A DNA stretch of 64,000 bases, taken from assembly GCA_951406725.2 (NCBI GenBank), contig OX597814.1:205158001-205222000 (forward strand), read 5' to 3'. Each line of letters starts with the position of its first letter. Position 1 is the stretch's first letter. This stretch comes from Octopus vulgaris. Its lineage: Eukaryota. Of this stretch, positions 1-13,207 are shown piece after piece. The notes beneath the pieces were generated by a model that did not search any database, was not told the origin of the DNA, and was given only the letters and a program-made list of their open reading frames with translations. Position numbers and translations under genes: made by a program.

Positions 1-192
1 TGCAGTACCACGTAAAAGCACCCAGTACACTCTGTAAAGTGGTTGGCATTAGGAAGGACTTCCAGTTGTAGAAACCATGCCAAATCAAACATGGAGTCTG
101 GGGCAGCTCCCCAGTTTGCCAGCTCTGGTCAAATCATCCAACCCATGCCAGCATGGAACATGGACGTTAAATAATGATGAAGATGATGACGA
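1..192 (+). mobile_element. RTE-clade LINE 3' UTR fragment (family A)
   Basis: gtggttggcattaggaagg...aacccatgccagcatgga...gacgttaaa(tga)n; same sequence as the 3' end of the RTE copies at 30985-31880 and 51795-52498. Confidence 0.75.
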
Positions 193-373
193 TAAATATT
201 CATGCATACATATATGTATATGCATATATGTACATATGTATATATATATTTGTATATTTATATCTGTCTACATCATAATCATTTAACATCCATGTTCCAT
301 GCTGGCACACACACACACATATGTTTTCTAGCATCTCTATGACAACATTATAAGTTGAAGGCCAAACCAAGTA

Positions 374-408
<35 letters not shown>

Positions 409-631
409 AATATATATCCTGAAGCTAAAGAAAATTACTCAAAAGAACCAGTGACATGAATTTGTATAACAAATGTAAGCAAATATGTAACGGTGATTGT
501 TAGTTCATTCTGAATGAGAAGTGGAGAAGGAGAATGCTACATTGGTGACAAATACTATGCCAACCAAGACTAGGTGTTCACAGCTGCCTTTTATACATAC
601 AGAAACCAGGCTATTGTTTTTCTTTTCATAT

Positions 632-861
632 TTAATCCTTTCATTACTGTATTTATTTTGAGATGGTCTGTGTTTTTTTCAATTACTTTTAAATATAACA
701 AAGAATTTAGTAAAATTACTTAGTTATCACTAAGCTAGTGTTAGGAACATAAATTGTGACTAAGGTTTCGTGGAAGATTTTAATTAAAAACTTATGAAAA
801 CAAGGCATTTGTACTAAAGAGCCAGAGCCGGTTTCAGTCGGGTTGGTAACGAAAGGGTTAA
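632..861. mobile_element. piggyBac-like MITE, family P1
   Basis: TTAA-flanked terminal inverted repeats ttaatcctttcattact / ggtaacgaaagggttaa; related copies at 50268-50905, 55245-55396 and about 63694. Confidence 0.65.
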
Positions 862-1012
862 TTCATAAAGGGACATTTTCATTTTCTTGAAACCATCACC
901 ATTTCTTATTCAGAGTCATTAACAATAACTGCTAGGTTTTTGTTCACCTTTGTCCACAAAGGAAATTTCTATAATTTAAAAATTTATATGTATAGCATTC
1001 AGTTTCACAATT

Positions 1013-1042
1013 CATATATATATATGTGTGTGTGTGTGTGTA

Positions 1043-1076
<34 letters not shown>

Positions 1077-1212
1077 GAGACACAGACACACACATATATG
1101 TGTGTGTATGTATATATAAATATATATAGGTGTGTATGTATATATATGTGCATATATATATATGTCCATATATATACATATATATATATATATATGCATA
1201 TATAGATATATG

Positions 1213-1248
<36 letters not shown>

Positions 1249-1275
1249 CGTGTGTATATGTATATATATGTATGA
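1013..1275. repeat. compound (TA)n/(TG)n microsatellite
   Basis: direct reading. Confidence 0.95.
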
Positions 1276-1774
1276 TCATATCCTTATAATATGACAGACA
1301 AAAATTAGTCAAAGAACTCAATACAAGTTATACAAAATATAAATACAATTTCCTGTGTATATGTATGAAAATCCTTACAGTGTGTCCACTGTTCTGTATA
1401 AACTTCTCTACTTGTCAAATGATATCATTTTTGTGAATAACAAAATAGAAAGAACTCTGGAAGTCTGTTAGATGCCTTAACCATTTACTGACATTTTCTT
1501 TCAAAAATATTACACAGTTAGGTCAGTAAGAACAAACTGAACAAAACAACAGCTGCCAAGCCAATATGTGAAGTATGAGCTTAATGCACAGCTTAACATA
1601 TCTTTTACTTAAGTGTTATTAATAATTCATTCCTATCACTTAGCAAATAGAATTTATTGTAAGAATAGTTATTCACAAAACTAATTTTCATTTGACCAGT
1701 AGGAAAGTTCATATGGAATAGGGATCTATGGAGATTCTTTGGTAAGGGAATGAATAAGTATGCAGACTCTTAAC

Positions 1775-1792
1775 ATATACATATACATACAC

Positions 1793-1876
<84 letters not shown>

Positions 1877-1976
1877 GTATGTATATATATATATATGTGT
1901 GTGTGTGTATATATATATATATGTATGTAAGTATATATGTAAGTATGAATATATATATATGTATATACATACACAC

Positions 1977-2023
<47 letters not shown>

Positions 2024-2140
2024 CATATATATAAACATATATGCATAAATATGCATAATATATATAATCATATAATACATATAATGTATATATATGTTAT
2101 ATATATGTGTATGTGTATATATAAGTGTGAATGTGTGTGT
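1775..2140. repeat. compound (TA)n/(TG)n microsatellite
   Basis: direct reading. Confidence 0.95.
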
Positions 2141-2751
2141 TTGTTTACAGTCAGGATTGTATCATCTATTGACTTGAATAAAGAATATTTCTAACAAACA
2201 AATCATCATTAAAGAAAAACGCAATTACAACATGTAACAACAACAGACATGATAAGATCTTCAAAGGAAAGAAAGACAGAAAGGGGAAGCAGCAAGTGTA
2301 AAGACATCTGGTAGTAAATGGTTGGGAAATTTCCGGATAAACTAGCAGTGGAAGATTGGTGCTTTTTAAAGTGCAGAATGGCATACAATATTGTGCACGG
2401 TCCAGTGATCCATGCAGTGAACAAGCTGTTAGTTTTTATGGAAGGTTAAACTTTCTATATCTAAGTGTAATCTGAATCCTATTTTTGAAATGTCCCTTTA
2501 TTTGCACTAGAAATACACTAGAGAATCAGTCTGGAAGAAAAGAAATAAATAGCAAGGGTCTCTGTTTTAGGGACAAGTCTACCATTGACCCTGTACTTAA
2601 TTTTATCACCTCTGGAGGAATGAGAGGCAAAGTGACTTTGAAATCAGAAAGTAAAGAGCCAGAAAAAAATACTGCATAGAATTTTGTCTGATGCTTAAAG
2701 CAATTCTGCCAGCTCACAAATAATAATAATAGTAATAATAATAATAATAAT

Positions 2752-3027
2752 GATATGAAAACCATAATGGTTGTGCCTGTAAGAATTGGTGCATTGGGAA
2801 CTGTAAGTAAAGATATAGACAAATGGTTGAAGGAGATTGGAATAGAATGTCCTGTAGATCTTCTACAGAAAGTTTGCCTCTGAGGGACAGGAAAGATTAT
2901 CAAGAAGTTTTTAAGCACTTGAAAGACTATTGAAAGATTGTGGACATCTAGGATTACAGGTAGTAACACCCATTACCCACATCAGCTCTACCAGGAATAA
3001 GAAGAAACCTGAGTCAAATCATCAAAA

Positions 3028-3028
<1 letters not shown>
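2752..3028 (+). mobile_element. 3' end of an RLE-type non-LTR retrotransposon (R4/Dong-like), lying in (TAA)n
   Basis: Translates to MKTIMVVPVRIGALGTVSKDIDKWLKEIGIECPVDLLQKVCL*GTGKIIKKFL (RLE C-terminal PxxxGALG..LQK..L.GT motif); (taa)n on both sides. Confidence 0.75.
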
Positions 3029-3061
<33 letters not shown>

Positions 3062-3283
3062 TGGTCTCAAATTTTGTCACAAGGGCAGCAATTTTGGGGG
3101 AGGGGATGAGTCGATTACATTGCCCACAGTATTCAACTGGTACTTATTTTATTGCTCCCTCCCCACCGGATGATGAAAGGTAAGGTCGACCTTGGCGGAA
3201 TTTGAACTCAGGATGTAGCGACAGGTGAAATACTGCCAAGCATATTTCATCCAGCGTGCTTATGTTTCTGCCAGTTTGTTGCC

Positions 3284-3342
<59 letters not shown>

Positions 3343-3470
3343 CCTTTCAACTATAGTCACAAGGCCTGGAATTTGTAGGGAAGGGTACAGTTGATCACAT
3401 CAACCCTAGTACTTGACCGATACCTACTTTATTGACCTCGAAAGGATGAAAGGCAAAGTGAACCTCAGCG

Positions 3471-3512
<42 letters not shown>

Positions 3513-3515
3513 GAA

Positions 3516-3546
<31 letters not shown>

Positions 3547-3762
3547 AAGAAGAAGAAGAATTGTTTCCTGAGTCTGACAATTTTGAATGAAGTGGCTAAA
3601 TTGATACCATCAACACCAAGATTTGACTGGTACTTGAGTTTATCTACTCCGAAAGGATGAAAGACAAAGTTGACCTCAGCAGTATTTGAATTCAGAATGT
3701 AAAGAGCCAGAAAGAAATATCACAAAACATTCTTGTTGCAGTACTCTAGAAATCCTGCCAAT
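3062..3762 (-). mobile_element. cluster of SINE family B copies separated by (TAA)n/(GAA)n
   Basis: reverse complement of gagttcaaattc...gtcgactttgcctttcatcc...aagtaccag occurs three times. Confidence 0.75.
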
Positions 3763-3844
3763 ATAAACAAACCAGAAACAAGAATTTTAATGAAGTCTTG
3801 AGAAGAGAAATACATATTCCTTTTATCAACTGTATGGGAAGAAG

Positions 3845-4668
3845 ATTGTTCCCCAACCACATGGTTCTGGGTCCAGTCTCACTGTGTGGAAGGAACATTC
3901 TACTATAGCCTCGGGCCAACCAAAACCTTATGAGTGGATTTGATAGTTAGAAAACTGAAAGAAACCCATTGCCGTCATCATCATCATCATTGTTTAACAT
4001 CCGCTTTCCATGCTGGCATGGGTTGGACGGTTTGACTGAGGACTGGTGAGCCAGAGGCTGCACCAGGCTCAATCTTATCTGGCAAAGTTTCTACAACTGG
4101 ATGCCCTTCCTAACACCAACCATTCTGAGAGTGTAGTGGTTGCTTTTACGTGCCACTGGCACGAGGGCCAGTCAGGTGGTTCGGGCAACGACCATGCTCA
4201 AAAGGAGTTTTTTACATGCTACCTGCATGGGAGCCAGTCTGGCAGCACTGGCAATGACCACGCTTGAATGTTGCTTTTCATGTGCCACCAGCATGGGAGT
4301 CAATCTGTGGCCCTGGCAACAGTCATGCTCGGATGTGCTTTTAACGTTCTACTGGCACGAGTGCCAACCAGGCAGTACTGTCATTGGCCACGTCAGCGAT
4401 TTTGATTGAGTATATACATATACATATGTGTGTGTGTGTGCATCTTTGAGTGCACATTCCCACCCCCCACAACCACTGCTTGACAATCGGTGTTGATATG
4501 TTTATGTCTCCGTAACTTAGTGGTTTTGGCAAAAGCAACCGATACAATAAATACCAGGCCTAAAAAGGAAAAAGTACTAGGGTTGATTTATTCAACTAAA
4601 AATTCTTGAAAGGTAGTGCCCCAGCATGACCATAGTCTAATGACTAAATCAAGTAAAAGTTAAAAGAT
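3845..4668 (+). mobile_element. SINE family C copy split by a minus-strand RTE 3' UTR insertion (3976-4410)
   Basis: SINE C head at 3845-3970 and tail at 4430-4668 match the full copy at 29518-29935; the middle is family A with about four tandem sub-repeats. Confidence 0.7.
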
Positions 4669-4865
4669 ATTTAGATTATCAGACTAATCAGTTTATTATT
4701 TGCATGAATCCTTAGATGAGGAAAGAAAGAAAAAAAAGAAGCTGATCTATCAATAAGTAATAATTGGAGAAGACTTGTTCAACCTTTTTCATTTATGGAA
4801 AAACAGACCTTAAATGACAATGATGATATGTATTTAATTAGATTGCAATGTATTTATCAAGAGAT

Positions 4866-5305
4866 AGTGGTGAGCTGGCAGAAACGTTAGCACGCCAAGC
4901 AAAATGCTTAGCGGTATTTCGTATGTTTTTATGTCCTGAGTTCAAATTCCACTGAGGTCGACTTTGCCTTTCATCCTTTCTGGGTTGATAAATTAAGTGC
5001 CAGTTGTGTACTGGAGTTGATCTAATTGACTGGCACCCCCTGCCAAAATATTTCAGGTCTTGTGCCTTGAGTAGAAAAGAATATATTTATCAAGAGACGG
5101 GTGGTGAACTGGCAAAATCGTTGGGCAAAATGCTTAGCAGAATTTTGTCTGTCTTTACATTCTGAGTTCAAATCCCACTGAGTTCAACTTTGCCTTTTAT
5201 CCTTTTGGCATTGATGAAATAAGTATCATTTGAGCACTGGGGGAGATGAAATTAACTTACCCTTCCCCTGAAATTTCTGGCCCTGTGCCTAAATTTGAAA
5301 CTATT
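4866..5305 (+). mobile_element. two tandem SINE B copies (tRNA-like head, probable Meta/MESC-type core)
   Basis: ggtgagctggcagaa...gagttcaaat (A/B-box-like), core gtcgactttgcctttcatcc...gataaattaagt; target duplication atttatcaagaga present three times. Confidence 0.85.
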
Positions 5306-6351
5306 AAATTTATCAAGAGAGGTTTGATATTGTCACATCAGTGGTAAGATAACACGAGAAAGGAAAATAAGATGATTGCCTTATTGTGGCTGTCTACATC
5401 TGGCCTTTCTAGTGTAGTGTTAGCTGTTTTGTAAGCATTGGGTATATTGTAGTCCTACCTGTAACCAGGGCCGGCTCAAGGTACCAGCAACTTGGGCAGT
5501 TGCCTGGGTCACCATGAATTTGAAAAAATTATACTTGTAAAGAAGCCTGTAACACATGCACACATGTGTATACATATACCCAAATTTGAAGCTGAAACAA
5601 ACCTTTTATGTCTAAATCTATATGTACTCTTACTTTTTGTCTTGTTAATAAATTCAGATGTATATACGTATATGCATACACACAAATACATATATGCAGA
5701 CACACACACATATAAACACATACATATATGCATACATATATACATACATACACACACAAATGCAACTACACACATATACACAGTTGAGACATTCCTTTTA
5801 TAAATGTATGTATATCCATATATATACATGCATACATATACATACTCACACATATAAATGAATATATACATCTACATTTATCTCTCTACGTATATCTGTA
5901 TTTTTTCCAACCACTTTTTCTCAATCTGTTATTTTTTATGAAAAACTCGTATCCAACGCATCAAAACTCCTTCCCTTCCTTTTAAGGGATAAACTAATAC
6001 AAAATTTGTTAAAAATAGTATTTTCCATGTGGTCCTATTATGTCTGCACATTTACAGGCACACACACACACACACACGTATATTTGTTTGAAACTGATGA
6101 TTCAGTTTATCCATTTTTCTCAGATGCCTGCTCTCATCTGCCCCAACAAACACAGGAGATTACAATTGTTGAAGATACACAGAAATCAAACAAAAATCTT
6201 CATCTAGTGAACCTTTCTAGGACTGACCCATCCCAGTCCCACCACCCATCATCCTTACAATGCTGGTCAATGAAGGATTTTACTGAACTCCTAACCTATT
6301 AATAAATAATTGTTAACTTCTTTATCTCCATTTTCTTTTCTTCTATTAATC

Positions 6352-6428
<77 letters not shown>

Positions 6429-6619
6429 TGACATTTTTTGTCTCAGGAGACAATGGAGTTGCGCATAAAATGATCTCGTCTGGCTTTTACATTTCATGTC
6501 CTAATACAACTCCTGCTGTGGCTGTGTAGTCCTATCCTGGACAAACACTCCCTCTAGCAGGTGCCACAAATGTAGCAAAGACTTTGCCTGGCTGGTTGTA
6601 ATGTCATAGTTTCTTGAAA

Positions 6620-6990
6620 TAAAACCCAACTGACTGCCAGACGCTGTGCAAATAAGTATTGGCAGGAAATCTGTCAAAGTATCCAGTCAGCTGCTGACAG
6701 TGGTGACACCCGTGGGATGAATGCCGGCTTGAAGAAGGCCCTCAACCAAGTCATCCCCTCTGAAATCCGCAACCAAGTCAGCCCCTCTGAAATCAACTAC
6801 TGGAGATCTCATCAAGGACCAAAGCAAGCAAATGGATAGATGGGTGGAGTACTACCAGGATCTCTACTCACGGGAGACCACAGTAGCTGAGGCTGCAATT
6901 GAGGGTGTCAAGATCTTGCCAGTCATGTGCAAACTTGACAGTCTGCCATCTATAGCAGATCTCACCAAGGCTATTTACTCCCTAGCCAGT
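6620..6990 (+). mobile_element. RTE-clade LINE ORF fragment (APE-RT linker)
   Basis: ARRCANKYWQEICQSIQSAADSGDTRGM..PLKSTTGDLIKDQSKQMDRWVEYYQDLYS; 25-bp internal duplication at 6743-6767/6770-6794. Confidence 0.8.
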
Positions 6991-6992
6991 AT

Positions 6993-7026
<34 letters not shown>

Positions 7027-7459
7027 TGGCACAGACATGAGTGTGTGATGAAGACACTTCCTTCTCAGCCATATGATTTCAGGTTCAGTCCCACTGCTTG
7101 GCATACTAGGCAAGCATTTTCTACTATAGTCTTGGACTGACCAGAGCCTTTTGATAGTTGCTGCAGCAGAGATGTAGGTGCTATGAAGCAACTATAATTC
7201 CTTTGTAGACTTTGAGTGATGATGTATTTATTATACTGGCTTCCATTATTTCAGGATGTCAATGCACAGACAGATATCTTAAAATTAATCACAGTGAAAT
7301 GTTAATTAAAAGAATAAATTCATCATTCATAATTTCATGATTTAGTGTAGGTTCCCTGACCTACCTCCTTCTACAGTGATCTTTGCCATTTCCTTGATTA
7401 AGAGGAGATTTGGAAATTCTAGATATAGGCTTGTATATATCATCCAGTAAAGACCTTTA

Positions 7460-7564
7460 TATATACATGCACGCATACATACATACACACACATACATGC
7501 ATACACATACATACACACACATACAAAAACATACATGCATACATACATACATACATACATACAT

Positions 7565-7599
<35 letters not shown>

Positions 7600-7660
7600 T
7601 ACATACATACACACACATACATACATACATACATACATACATACATACATACATACATAC
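7460..7660. repeat. (CATA)n/(CA)n microsatellite
   Basis: direct reading. Confidence 0.95.
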
Positions 7661-7962
7661 TCTTGTGTATTGCATAGTTTATTCATATTATATCTAAAAG
7701 TAAATCTTTAAATTTATGTAGTAAATGAAATTCTATGAAAAGAAAGTCCCTGCATTGTTATTACTGGTCAAAAACTATTCTGGAATATTAGCATTTCAAT
7801 ATTATATCATATTATATATTATGAAATATTTCTGTAATTAAAAAGCAGAATTCTGCAGACAGAACTATATTAGAAGACAATAGATGCAGTATTCCATAAA
7901 TACTTCCTTGTATATTATTTCTACCACGAAGATTCCAAGTCCTAAATCACAGGAAATATAAT

Positions 7963-8346
7963 GGAAACACTCCGTCGGTTACGACGATGAGGGTTCCGGT
8001 TGATCCGATCAACGGAACAGCCTGCTCGTGAAATTAACATGTAAGTGGCTGAGCACTCCACAGACACGTGTACCCTTAACGCAGTTCTCGGGGATATTCA
8101 GCGTGACACAGAGAGTGACAAGGCCGGCCCTTTGAAATACAGGTACAACAGAAACAGGAAGTAAGAGTGAGAGAAAGTTGTGGTGAAAGAGTACAGCAGG
8201 GATCACCCCCCTTCCCTGCCGGAGCCTCGTGGAGCTTTAGGTGTTTTCGCTCAATAAACACTCACAACGCCCGGTCTGGGAATCGAAACCGCGATCCTAC
8301 GACCACGAGTCCGCTGCCCTAACCACTGGGCCATTGCGCCTCCACT
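7963..8346 (-). mobile_element. full-length tRNA-derived SINE, head D + tail X
   Basis: tRNA-like head ggcgcaatggcccagtggttagggc..ggtttcgattccc; 13-bp TSD caggaaatataat at 7950-7962 and 8347-8359; CpG-rich, so probably young. Confidence 0.9.
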
Positions 8347-8699
8347 CAGGAAATATAATATTGAGATTCTGACCAGGGCATGAGATTATTCACAAGAATA
8401 AGACTTAGACTGATTTAAACACTTCCATTGTAAGAAACAACACAGCAGACTTCTTCAGCCTTGTTTCACAGAAGAAAACTTAGTTATAATCAGAACATGC
8501 AAGAAGCAAAACTGCAATCATAGTGGTTGAACCACTCAACCCAAAAAGAAAAGAAAATTAAAAAGGTTAAGTATGAGAGTATTTAAGAAAAAAAAATTAA
8601 TAACTGACTGAAAATATTTGCATCACGGTTGTTATTTTGTTATTTAAGGATTGATTTCTGAAGTTAACAAACATTTCTTTAAAGGTTTAAAGTAGCTTA

Positions 8700-9470
8700 A
8701 TTGCAAAACTAGGGATCCTGGTTTGTGCTTCAACTGGTCAGCCATAAGTTTTAGGTTTTAAACCAGTGAAGTGAGAATATCTTAGATATTTTACGTAACG
8801 ATGAAAGTAAAAGGCAAGACCCAACATTGGCAGATATTGGGTGCTATGAGGAATTAAAAATAATAGATTAAGTCAAACTCAAACTCACCTTGGTTCTTAA
8901 TGATATAAGAAACAAAGGAGATAAACTGTACTTAGTTTCAATTTCTTGTTGCAAATATTTCAATTATGTCACTAATAACTCTGGGAAATGTTTGAAGATT
9001 ACTGATTCTCATTGCCTTTCCTCTATAAACTCAAAAACGCTGGGCCTATATTTCATAACCAAAGTATATAGAATCAATAGTTCTATATACATTTGCAAGG
9101 GCCTTGAAAGTAGCCAGCATGAAGTTAGAGTAAAGGTTGTCATGATAAGCAATAATAGCATTTCATGTCTAGAACCAATTGAAGTCGCTGGAAAGGTCTG
9201 TGTTGGGATCTGTTTTCATAGAGTAGATCAGTCTACGTTTGCAGTGATTATATTTAGCTATTCTTCAGTCTCACCCAATGCTTTAACTGAGAAGAAATAT
9301 GTCAGTATTCCACCATGGATTGAAGCATTGCATTTGGAGTTTTCGTCTGGTCATTAATCTCTCACACAGAAATAAGCTTTAATTAAAATATCTAATCAAT
9401 GTCATCCAAGTTACTCTGGAGATTCATGTCTTTATTTAGACAAATTAGGAGATGACTGGAAGTCCATAAG
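8700..9470 (-). mobile_element. highly decayed LINE remnant
   Basis: Minus-strand fragments NSS*HPISA and LLSSLRKISKIFSLH resemble the YRPI-LL-RKI start of an RT domain; many stops. Confidence 0.35.
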
Positions 9471-10602
9471 AGAGGTCTGTTGAAATATTTGAAATATTAG
9501 TTAATTCTTAATTATCTTATTCATTCTTAACTAATGTTAATGAGTGAAGGAAGAGTGAAAGAATCTCGTTAAAACAACTTTAGGGCTTTTGTTCTAAAGC
9601 TACATTTTCTATCTGTTAAGAGGTTTCATGAGTCACAGGTGGAGATTATGTAAAAGATATCAAACCAATAATAAATCAATACACAAACACACGTACACAC
9701 ACACACAAATAACAACACTGACACACAGAGGAATTATGACAATCCAACCACATATTATTAAATAGGAGAGTTACAACATGAATTAATTGTGAAAATAGTA
9801 TCACCTAGATGTTATACCCTTATGACTTAGTAATATTTTGTATTCACTGACAACAACATCACTTAACTTAAGCATGACATTTACCTGCAGAAGCTCAGCC
9901 CGATGTCAAGAGATGACAGATTGCTTCTAAGTAAGTCAGTCACATAGGATCAAGCTATCCAAGCCATATAATATATGAGTGTGTGTGTATATATATATAT
10001 AGATATATATATATCTACTTCAAGTGTAGGATATTCCATTAAGTGGTTGCTATAAATATCAATCAACTGGTCCAAACTAAGATATTTTCAGAATCAGACA
10101 ATATTCAAGGATGAAAACTATTTGACACCTCCTGGTTTCAGACTGCTATCACACGTGGAATAAAGAGACAGGCTTCCAAAAGTTCTAATTACAAGATGAT
10201 TAGTCGGAGTCCTTCCATGAAAGAATATTGGTCAGATGTCTTTGATGGGGTCACTCTGTAAGCTCTATTTAACGCATATAGTCCCATCCCTTTGGAGAAA
10301 AATGGTGCATGGTTAGAAGTATTGAAAATAGAAGTTAGTACAAAGTTACAAGATTGTGTGAAGTATTAGGAGGAACTATGGAGACAGAAAGAGATATGTA
10401 AATGAATGGTGTTTCATGGATATGCATTGCTAGGCAAAGGAATGACACCTGATGTGTGTGTGTGTGTGTGGTTGTAGACATTTGTAATGGTTGGCTGATA
10501 ATGTGTAGAGATGTTAAGAACTGGTAATTTGGTTATGTCTATCAACATGGATAAGTGTGAATATATAAATCGATGTGTGTGCATGTATGTACTTATGTAT
10601 GT

Positions 10603-10985
10603 ATCATCATCATCATCATCGTTGTCGTTTAACGTCCGTTTTCCGTGCTGGGATGGGTTAGATGGTTTGACTGAGGTCTGGAAAGCCAGTAAGCTGCACC
10701 AGGCTCCAATCTGATCTGGCAAAGTTTCTACAGCTAGATGCCCTTCCTAATGCCAACCACTCTGAGAGCATAGTGGGTGCTTTTTACATGCCACCAGCAC
10801 AGGAGCCAGTCAGGGGGTACTAGCATTGGCCACATTTGGATGATGCCTTTTATGTGCCACCAGAACAGGGGCCAGTCAGGGGGTAGTGGCATCAACCACA
10901 TTTGGATGGTGCATTTTACGTGCCACTGGCATGGGAGTCAGTCAGGGGGCACTGACCACAGCTACTATTTTGGTTTTACTTGTAT
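10603..10985 (-). mobile_element. RTE 3' UTR fragment (family A) with tandem sub-repeats
   Basis: (atc)n-tttaacgtccgttttcc..ggatgcccttcctaatgccaacc..ggtgctttttacatgccacc units. Confidence 0.8.
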
Positions 10986-10989
10986 GTCG

Positions 10990-11667
10990 TTATTCAGTTT
11001 TATTTCATGATTTCTTGCAAAGAGAGAAAGAGCCAATTTCTAACGTAGCCCCAAGGCTCTTTTGTTGGAATTTCAACATCAACAGTGTATTTTTGTATGT
11101 ATGTATGTATATGTGGAGATTTGTATGTTTTGTTTCATGTATGTCTCCTCATACACATACTTCCATATATGGACATGTTCATATATACTTAAGGGATAAA
11201 CTTCTGGAAAGTTTTACAAATTTTTACAGTTTCAGTGATAGTTTGGATCTGTAGTCTTCAAATCAGCTTTCCCCTCTCTGATTTTGAGAAGCATAATTTC
11301 TCCAGATTTGTATTTAGGCAGTGCGTTACTTATCCCAGGGCCCCAATAATTACAGGTATAAACCTGAACTTGTAATCTGGATAGAGTAACTGCATATTTC
11401 TCAATAGTTCAGTATAGATATTCTCATTTTCACTGATCTTCAGCTTTATGTTAACATCTGCTGGGCAGCTAATTTCCACAACTGTGCACAGTTTCTCTTC
11501 TCCATCCCAAATCATTATATCAGGTCTGTTGTTCCTATATTTTACTGAGGTCTTCACTGGGACATTCCACTGGTATTCCTTTTTATTATGAGTAGCCATG
11601 GCTTCTGTCATACTGTGGGCTCTTATTGCTTTATCTTTAGGGTTATCGTTTCAACAGATTTCATTAT
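10990..11667 (-). mobile_element. RLE-endonuclease non-LTR retrotransposon 3' fragment (R4/NeSL/HERO-type)
   Basis: RNNRPDIMIWD..VVEISCP..IYTEL..FIPVIIGALG*VTHCL..RLQIQTITETVKIC: PD-(D/E)xK restriction-like endonuclease. Confidence 0.85.
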
Positions 11668-12065
11668 GTATGTATGTATGTATGTATGTATGTATGTGTG
11701 TGAGTGTGTGTGTGTGTGTGTGTGTGAGTATGTATGCAAGTCTGTGTGTACATAAATGCCTGTTTGTATATATGCATTTACATATATAAACATACACACA
11801 CATAAACAAATACATATTTGTGTGTATGTGCGTGTGTATATATATTTATGTATGTACAACTGTGCATCTGAATGAATAGGTGTTATATACATATGGTCAG
11901 GTATGAGACTTTGAACTTATGATAAGAATTATATGAAAGAAAAATTTGAAATGAGCAAAAAGGATGGAACAAATTTAATGAATTTAACTGCAGCAAATTT
12001 ATATACACATTCCTCTCACTCACTCTGTGAGTGTATGTAAGCATGTATATGAATGTGTGCCTGTT

Positions 12066-12110
<45 letters not shown>

Positions 12111-12221
12111 ATACAATTTATTGAAACTGTATTTTTCAATGTGTTTATTGTACATGTGGTGTGTGTGTGTGTGTGTGTGTATGCATCTCATCATCATCCA
12201 TGCCTACCACCAACCTCACAC

Positions 12222-12255
<34 letters not shown>

Positions 12256-12994
12256 AGAGAGAGAGAAAGAGGGAGAGATAGAGAAAGTTAGAGAAAGCAA
12301 TAGATACATACACACACACACACACACACACATATATAAACACACACACATACACACATTTACACATACACATTCACAGATATATATTAGCTATTCCTTT
12401 TAAGGGTGCAGGCACCGATTCTACGTGACAGTTCCAGGTACCAAATAGCAGTTCAATCTCTCTCAAACTATAATTTTACATTTCAAAAAACAAAGGACAT
12501 GTTGGAAAATGTAGTTCTAGATAAACAAAAAAGACAGGATGGTCATGGTAGGAATTCATTTGATTGCAGATCTGGGACTAAAAACAACAATAACAACAAA
12601 AGCAATTGATAAATGGCAAAGTTCTAGTGACTACCATTCTGGGCTAGGAAGATAGCAAGCTAATGAGGCAGCCAATATGTGGTTATTTGGCCAGCTAGAA
12701 ATAGCGGTAAAATCTCTATATAATCACATCCTACATTTTTAAATAATGAAGGATGCGTCAGATAATGTAAAAGAATTACACATACATACACACATACAAA
12801 AACATTTATACACTCTCTAACATACAAACATACACACACTTAGATATTATTCATTAAATATTTACTGAAAGGATTTTAATGGAAATTTTGAAGTATTTTT
12901 TGAGATACTCAAGACTGATATCTTAGAGATGTTGTAATTAAGCTAATAACGATGAATAGTTCTGAACTTTTCAAATGATTAAATTAATAATTGT

Positions 12995-13207
12995 TTTTGA
13001 TTTTGATACAAGGCTAGCAATTTGAGGGATGGGATCAAATCAATTACATCAACCCCAGAATTTGACTGGTACTTTATTTTACCAACCCTGAAAGGATGAA
13101 AGGCAAAGTTGGCTTTGACAGGATTTGAACTCAGAATGTAAAGAGCTGGAGGGAATGCCACTAAGCATTTTTCTGATGCTCTAATGATTCTGCCAGCTCA
13201 TTCCCTT
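12995..13207 (-). mobile_element. SINE family B
   Basis: core motif on the minus strand; TSD ttaaattaataat. Confidence 0.8.

Noticed and set aside
944-2080. Many ORFs rich in YI/HT/CV dipeptides (also at 5492-5871, 7342-7697, 12027-12403, 24795-25284, 49138-49542)
   Set aside because: Translations of (TA)n/(CA)n/(CATA)n microsatellites, not genes
5463-5520. hAT-like terminal fragments (also near 23488, 24200, 49978, 55730, 60215)
   Set aside because: Single degenerate ends without a matching TIR or 8-bp TSD that I could confirm
8270-8346. tRNA genes (also at 19016, 21042, 29518, 50480, 51028)
   Set aside because: tRNA-like A/B boxes continue into SINE bodies, some with TSDs; no complete cloverleaf
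8890-9357. 155-aa plus-strand ORF as a host gene
   Set aside because: Non-ATG start and no domain; better explained as antisense to a decayed LINE
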